From positions 768,001-832,000 of the forward strand of contig CAXXFV010000016.1 of the NCBI GenBank assembly GCA_963674595.2: DNA of 64,000 bases, read 5' to 3'. Under the pieces are notes generated by a model. That model was not told the origin of the DNA and did not search any database. It saw nothing but the letters and a program-made list of their open reading frames with translations. The translations under genes and the position numbers were made by a program. Below, one piece after another: positions 58,705-64,000 of the stretch (positions are counted from its first letter, which is position 1; every line of letters starts with the position of its first letter). The DNA comes from a bacterium. Its GTDB lineage: Bacteria; Zhuqueibacterota; Zhuqueibacteria; Residuimicrobiales; Krinioviventaceae.

Positions 58705-60126
58705 TTACGTATTTATACCAGAGGCTGTTTTTTGAATGAATTCCCAGGATGATAACACATCTTGTTCGGTCACTGAAGTCTGCCCGATTATCATTCTGAT
58801 AATATATTTTCCGTTTATTTTGGTATGGGTCACATACAGTTTGCCTGAACTGTCCAGTTGTTGCAGCAATTTGGCGTTTAATTTGTCCAGGTCATCGTCC
58901 GTAACATTTTGAGGATGATAACGAAAAAATACAGCGTTAAGAGGTGTTTGTACCATAATTTCAAAATCCTGATGATTTTGAATTTTTTCTTCCAGGTTTT
59001 TAGCAATAACTATTTGTTTTTTAATTTTATCTTGTAATCCTCTAATGCCAAATGACCTGATAACAAACCAAAGTTTCAACGCACGAAAACGTCGGCCCAG
59101 TTGAATACTCCAGTCCCGATAATTATTTACTTGCGAAGCCGAGTCTGTTTTAAGATATTCCGGCATTATCTCAAACGTACGAATAAGCGCTGACTTTTCC
59201 TTCACAAAATAGGCGGAACAGTCGAAATTGGTAAACATCCATTTATGGGGATTAAAAACAAGGCTGTCGGCATGTTCAATCCCTTTAATTATCCAGCGGA
59301 ATTCCGGAAGAATTAATGCCGTGCCTGCATAGGCTGCATCCACATGGAGCCATATATCATGTTTTTTTGTAATTACCGCTATTTTATCCAGAGGGTCAAC
59401 TGCCAGCGTGCCTGTGGTCCCCACAGTGGCAATAACACAAAGCGGACGATTCCCTTGTGAAATGTCTTTTTCTATTGCTTTTGATAGTTCTTCGGGATCC
59501 ATTCGCTGTTTGTTATCGACTTTAATTTTTACAAGGTTGTTTTTGCCCAGTCCCGCGATTTTTACAGCTTTTTCAATAGAAGAGTGGGTTTCTGTGGAAC
59601 AGTAGATTTTAAATTTTCTATTGTTGTCTATTCCATTTTCATTTATTTCAAAGTTTGAATATTTTTCTCTGGCTGTTATGATAGCCGTCAATGTAGAAGA
59701 TGAAGCGGAATCCTGGATAACGCCATTTAAATTTTCCGGCAGGCCTGTCATTTTAATCAACCATTGCATTACTTTTTCTTCCAGCTCTGTCCCTGCCGGG
59801 GATGTATCCCAGATCATACACTGAGCGGCCAGTGTTGCTGTAAGCATTTCACCTAATATGGACGGATAACTGGAGTTTGCCGGGAAATAGGCATAAAAGT
59901 TGGGGTGCTGCCAATGACTCATGCCGGGCATGATTATCTTTTCAAAGTCTGAAAAAATTTGCTGAAAAGTTTGACCTTCCTTTGGGGCGGAATCCGGGAT
60001 TTGTGAATATATTTCTCCCGGACTAACTTGTGATTTTACCGGATAATCTTTAATATTTTCAAAATAATCAGCCATCCAGTCAACTAGTTCATGTGCATGT
60101 TGACGAAAATTTTTGTTGTCCATCAT
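58705..60126 (-). CDS. PLP-dependent aromatic-L-amino-acid decarboxylase family (group II)
   Basis: HWQHPNFYAYFP, SPAGTELE, HVDAAYAG, NPHKW (PLP Lys), LGRRFRALKLW. Confidence 0.9.
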   Translation of the reverse strand: MMDNKNFRQHAHELVDWMADYFENIKDYPVKSQVSPGEIYSQIPDSAPKEGQTFQQIFSDFEKIIMPGMSHWQHPNFYAYFPANSSYPSILGEMLTATLAAQCMIWDTSPAGTELEEKVMQWLIKMTGLPENLNGVIQDSASSSTLTAIITAREKYSNFEINENGIDNNRKFKIYCSTETHSSIEKAVKIAGLGKNNLVKIKVDNKQRMDPEELSKAIEKDISQGNRPLCVIATVGTTGTLAVDPLDKIAVITKKHDIWLHVDAAYAGTALILPEFRWIIKGIEHADSLVFNPHKWMFTNFDCSAYFVKEKSALIRTFEIMPEYLKTDSASQVNNYRDWSIQLGRRFRALKLWFVIRSFGIRGLQDKIKKQIVIAKNLEEKIQNHQDFEIMVQTPLNAVFFRYHPQNVTDDDLDKLNAKLLQQLDSSGKLYVTHTKINGKYIIRMIIGQTSVTEQDVLSSWEFIQKTASGINT

Positions 60127-60176
60127 ACAACTCCATTATAACCGATAAAGCTTTATTAAATAAAAAAAAGTCTTAC

Positions 60177-60770
60177 TTAAAAAGAAAGACTTTCCTTTGA
60201 TACAAAATCTGCCAATCTGTCTCTTAGAAATAAACGGGCCCGATGTAAATTGGATTTTACGGCTGCCAGGCTCATATCCAGCATTTCTGATATTTCTTTA
60301 AGAGAAAAACCCTCAATGTCTTTTAAAACAAATACACTACGAAATTTTGGCGGTAAATCTTCAATCGCTTTGTCCATTTCTTCCCGTAATTCCATGTTAA
60401 CGGCATCCTGAAGAGGGGTGTCACCCACGGATCGGTTAAACGCCTGCAAAGCATCCTGATTTGTTTTGAGTTCCAAATCTTCAATTCCCGTGAAATTTTT
60501 CTTTTTAGAACGTAATTTCATTAACGCAAAGTTTGTGGCAATGCGATATATCCATGTGGATAATGAAGACTGTCCTTTAAAGGTCGGCAGGGCTTGAAAA
60601 ACTTTAAGAAATGTTTCCTGCAAAACACATTCCGCCTCATCTGTGTTTGCGAGTAATTTCAATGCCGTATTATAAACAAGTTGTTCATTTTGTTTGACAA
60701 TTTCTGTCAATGCCTGTTTATCGCCTTCAATTGCTTTTTGGATCAGTTCCTGTTCAGATTTATAATTCAA
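60177..60770 (-). CDS. ECF RNA polymerase sigma factor
   Basis: QETFLK, STWIYRIATN, VKSNLHRAR; TTG start. Confidence 0.93.
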   Translation of the reverse strand: MNYKSEQELIQKAIEGDKQALTEIVKQNEQLVYNTALKLLANTDEAECVLQETFLKVFQALPTFKGQSSLSTWIYRIATNFALMKLRSKKKNFTGIEDLELKTNQDALQAFNRSVGDTPLQDAVNMELREEMDKAIEDLPPKFRSVFVLKDIEGFSLKEISEMLDMSLAAVKSNLHRARLFLRDRLADFVSKESLSF

Positions 60771-60855
60771 TAAAATATCTTCCCTGTTATCCTTTTAATC
60801 CATAAAGCATAAAATAGACAAAAGAAATATAAAATTCAAGAGCTTTTCATATAAT

Positions 60856-60885
60856 AAAAGCCCTGATAGTAAGTTACCAGGGCTT
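60856..60885 (-). terminator. Probable terminator after thioredoxin
   Basis: Minus strand AAGCCCTG...CAGGGCTTTT. Confidence 0.6.
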
Positions 60886-60910
60886 GTTGATTGGTTTGAG
60901 ATGATTTATA

Positions 60911-61249
60911 TTAATTTTCAGGAGAAAGGTGTTTATCAAGCATATTGACTAGTTGTTCTTTTGGTACCGCTCCAATGACACCGTCTACAACCTGACCATT
61001 TTTATAAAGAAGAATTGAAGGGATGCTGTTTATTCCAAATTGACCGGCTATTCTCGGATTTTGGTCTACATCCAGTTTGCCGACTTTGATTTTTCCGGTG
61101 TATTCATCAGCCACCTGTTCGATGACAGGGGCGACAAAACGACATGGCATACACCACTCTGCCCAAAAATCAACCAGTACCGGAATATTGGAATTTAGTA
61201 CATCACTTTCAAAAGTTGCGTCTGTCAAAGTATTTATATTTTTACTCAT
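60911..61249 (-). CDS. trxA: Thioredoxin (WCMPC)
   Basis: DFWAEWCMPC, SIPS. Confidence 0.92.
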   Translation of the reverse strand: MSKNINTLTDATFESDVLNSNIPVLVDFWAEWCMPCRFVAPVIEQVADEYTGKIKVGKLDVDQNPRIAGQFGINSIPSILLYKNGQVVDGVIGAVPKEQLVNMLDKHLSPEN

Positions 61250-61263
61250 TATTATGGCCTTTC

Positions 61264-61689
61264 CTAGTCATTTTGTGTTTCAAGTATTTCAAATTCTGTT
61301 TCTATATTAACTGATTTTTTGAGCATTGCCGAGGCTGAACAATATTTTGTTTCTGATAATTCAATGGCGCGTTCGACCGCTTCAGGTGAAATATTTTTTC
61401 CGAATATTTTAAATTTTAATTTGATGTTTGTAAATACTTTTGGGTGTTCATCTGCGCGATCCGCTTCCAAATGACATTCAAAATCATCAATTTTAATTCG
61501 TTTCTTTTTCAGTATGGAAATAACATCCATTGATGTACAACCGCCCAATCCCATAAGAAACAGTTCAAGTGGCCTGGAGCCTGCATTTGAACCGCCAAAT
61601 TCTTCCGGGCCATCCATAAAAATCCAGTGATTGGAATCGGCTTTGGCTGCCATGGATGTTCCCTGTACCTGTTTTACAATAGCTTTCAT
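61264..61689 (-). CDS. OsmC/YhfA-family protein
   Basis: RPLELFLMGLGGCTSMDV, ELSETKYCS. Confidence 0.9.
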   Translation of the reverse strand: MKAIVKQVQGTSMAAKADSNHWIFMDGPEEFGGSNAGSRPLELFLMGLGGCTSMDVISILKKKRIKIDDFECHLEADRADEHPKVFTNIKLKFKIFGKNISPEAVERAIELSETKYCSASAMLKKSVNIETEFEILETQND

Positions 61690-61895
61690 TTTATGTCTCT
61701 CACATATTCTGTTAATTCATCAACCATTTTCGTTATTTCATCGTTTGAAAAACCTTTACTCTGCGCTTCAGTTTCTATTGTCCCCCAAACCGGTTCTCCA
61801 CATGCCAGGCATTTTATACCTTTTTCCATAAGAAAACGTACACTTTTAGGGTGGTTTTGTACCAGTTCCTCAATTGTTGTTTCTCGTGTTATCAT
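61686..61895 (-). CDS. DUF1858-domain protein
   Basis: 69 aa; ITRETTIEEL...GIKCLACG; overlaps both neighbours by 4 nt. Confidence 0.8.
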   Translation of the reverse strand: MITRETTIEELVQNHPKSVRFLMEKGIKCLACGEPVWGTIETEAQSKGFSNDEITKMVDELTEYVRDIK

Positions 61896-62410
61896 AATCC
61901 TAAAATAGCTTTTATATCATTTTCAAATACTTGTTTTGGTGTTCTGCCGACATGTTTTTTGTAAACATTGCCTTTTTTGTCGATTACAAATGTTGTGGGT
62001 ATACCGCTTACACCACCCACACCGGGAATGAAATCCGGGGTTATTATGGCGTTTGGATAATTGATTTTGTATTGTTTGGCAAAATTCGCAACCGCCTGTG
62101 TTCCTTCTCGTCCAATCGCTGCCCCCAATATTTCCAATCCTTTATCGTTGTATTCGTCGTATAATGCGATAAAATCAGGGATTTCAGCTTTACACGGCGG
62201 ACACCAGGTGTCCCAAATGTCCAGTATAAGCGCTTTACCTTTATAATCGTCCAATGTTACGGTTTTGCCTTCGAGTGTTGTCAGCTTGAATGCATAGGCA
62301 GGTGTAGAGCCGGTTGCACCTTGTTTATTCTCTTTGTTGTTTCCGCATCCTGCGGTGATGAATAGCAATAAAGCTATTACAAAAAATTGTTTCCACTGTT
62401 TTTTTAACAT
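61892..62410 (-). CDS. TlpA/ResA-family disulfide reductase lipoprotein
   Basis: Lipobox TAGC; WDTWCPPCKAEIP; GIPTTFVID. Start reset to MLKKQ after GGAG. Confidence 0.9.
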   Translation of the reverse strand: MLKKQWKQFFVIALLLFITAGCGNNKENKQGATGSTPAYAFKLTTLEGKTVTLDDYKGKALILDIWDTWCPPCKAEIPDFIALYDEYNDKGLEILGAAIGREGTQAVANFAKQYKINYPNAIITPDFIPGVGGVSGIPTTFVIDKKGNVYKKHVGRTPKQVFENDIKAILGL

Positions 62411-62411
62411 A

Positions 62412-62639
62412 TTAATTCTCCAGATATATATTATTACCGTTTGCATCAAAAGTCTTTTTAACAATATCATCAATATATTTATTCAACACATTTTTTATCA
62501 TTTCACTGTGGCAACCTAGATCCAGTTCCGTACACAACCTTTGTTTTAACGCCTCTGCAATATGTTTTCTTTTACAGGCTTTAATACGTTCTGTGACGTG
62601 TCCACAATGTTGTTCAATTATTTTATACTCTTTCTTCAT
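62412..62639 (-). CDS. Hypothetical 75-aa Cys/His-containing protein
   Basis: Strong GGAGG RBS; stop 1 nt before the TlpA start. Confidence 0.65.
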   Translation of the reverse strand: MKKEYKIIEQHCGHVTERIKACKRKHIAEALKQRLCTELDLGCHSEMIKNVLNKYIDDIVKKTFDANGNNIYLEN

Positions 62640-62841
62640 TTATAACCTCCACCAATTTAGATGTGGAATGTTTCAAAAAGATTCATATATTATGCTTGAA
62701 ATTATTTTGAGCAGATACAAGTGTTCCAAACTGAAATACAATTTTGTACTTCCTGGGATATTTTCGGATTTTTCTCTCCTTGTATTTTAAAAAGTATTGT
62801 CAAGTCATTGTTTTTTATGGTTAATTGAGATTTTGCGCTTG

Positions 62842-62857
62842 TGGCCTGTCTTTTGCT
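62842..62857 (+). promoter_or_regulatory. Possible sigma54 promoter
   Basis: TGGCCTGTCTTTTGCT (GG-N10-GC), about 70 nt upstream of the ATPase start. Confidence 0.4.
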
Positions 62858-62924
62858 GCTTAAAGTGGCAACTGCCCGATTGTTGTTTTGTTTTTACCAT
62901 TGATGCCTTGCAAGGAAATATAGT

Positions 62925-64000
62925 ATGAATGATTTACGTTTAAATGATGAAAAATTAAAATTATATAATAAAATTAACCGGCCCCGGATTATAGCCATTG
63001 GTGGTGGTAAGGGAGGTGCCGGTAAATCTATTGTGTCAACTATGTTGGGTATTTGTTTATCGGGTTATGGAAAAAAAACTGTTCTTGTTGATGCTGATTT
63101 TACCGGGGCAAACCTGCATGGTTATTTGGGATTTTTTGATGTTCCAAAAACTCTTTGGCATTTTTTTTCACGAAAAATACCCAATCTGCAGGATATTGTC
63201 CTGGAGTCCAGTTTTAACAATCTATCCTTAATTGCCGGGTTATCCGGACATACGCGATATACACAGATACAATATTGGGAACAACAAAAACTCGTCAGAA
63301 ATTTAAAAAATTTGGATGCTGATTATGTTATTGTTGATCTCGGGGCCGGTACAAGCTATGCATTGCTTGACCTTTTTATCAATGCGGATGATTCCATTGT
63401 CGTGACAACACCGGAATCCACTTCACTTTACGATGCCTATGGCTTTATTCGTGCATCACTTTTTAGAAAATTGAAAATTGAGTTAAAAGAGTATCCGCAA
63501 GTTGTTAACGAGCTGGCTGATTTAAGTGAATTGACCCGGGGGATGGGAACAAAATCCATCATGAATGTGCTGGAAAGGACAAGCACTAATAAAAATGTTG
63601 TTAGACTAATAGAAAAGAATTTAAGGGATTTTCAACCCAAAATAGTTTTTAACGCATTTCGCGCAGAGGATTCTGTAGCAGAATGCCGTAGTCTTTGTTT
63701 GGCTATTCAGGAGCTGTTAAACATAACTCCTGGTGAATGGGGTAAAATCCGATATGATGAAAATGTTAAAAAAGCTGTTCGAAATTTAAGACCGGATTTG
63801 TTACTGACTATGGACGGCAAAGCTTCCGAAGATATTGTACGGTTGGTGAACCGTAATATTATTGCCCGTGAACTGGATGTGCAACCATCTTTTCCTAATA
63901 ATTCAAGTATTGGTGAAAAGAAGAGCCATGTGCGAATATGCAATTACCGTTGCATAGCCTGGAATTGCTGTGAATACAGGCAGGGCGGACAAGAGTGTAC
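62925..64000 (+). CDS. MinD/FlhG-like P-loop ATPase with Cys-rich C-terminal region (runs off the window)
   Basis: Hand translation is open from 62925 to the window end: GGGKGGAGKS, VDADFTGANL, VDLGAG, TTPE; AAGGA RBS. Absent from the track because there is no stop in the window. Confidence 0.88.
   Translation, partial: MNDLRLNDEKLKLYNKINRPRIIAIGGGKGGAGKSIVSTMLGICLSGYGKKTVLVDADFTGANLHGYLGFFDVPKTLWHFFSRKIPNLQDIVLESSFNNLSLIAGLSGHTRYTQIQYWEQQKLVRNLKNLDADYVIVDLGAGTSYALLDLFINADDSIVVTTPESTSLYDAYGFIRASLFRKLKIELKEYPQVVNELADLSELTRGMGTKSIMNVLERTSTNKNVVRLIEKNLRDFQPKIVFNAFRAEDSVAECRSLCLAIQELLNITPGEWGKIRYDENVKKAVRNLRPDLLLTMDGKASEDIVRLVNRNIIARELDVQPSFPNNSSIGEKKSHVRICNYRCIAWNCCEYRQGGQEC

Noticed and set aside
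62648-62667. TCCAC/GTGGA stem overlapping the RBS of the 75-aa ORF
   Set aside because: A 5-bp stem is too weak to call a thermometer or riboswitch.

Overview
A gene-dense, AT-rich chromosomal window from a diderm bacterium. Omp85, porin, GWxTD-like and PEGA genes suggest an FCB/KSB1/Calditrichota-like lineage (inference only). I saw no rRNA, tRNA, CRISPR array or mobile element. Recognisable blocks are: a divergent GT4 / GH130 sugar-enzyme pair with a complete receiver domain fused to the GH130; a GH78 cluster; a porin + mini binding protein + orphan histidine kinase trio; a complete six-gene mevalonate operon; a peptidase-propeller-Omp85 / BamB-like / PEGA operon behind a ceramide-synthase-like GNAT; rpsT, guaB and hutH; a PEPCK / fumarase / sdhACDB C4 block; a 994-aa protein with two divergent nucleotidyltransferase modules; a thiol-redox operon next to an ECF sigma factor; and a truncated MinD/FlhG-like ATPase with a Cys-rich tail that the ORF track missed. 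The best candidates for undescribed systems are the GH130-REC fusion, the tandem nucleotidyltransferase, the Omp85-peptidase operon and the porin-binding protein-kinase trio. All family calls come from motif recognition by eye; no database search was run.
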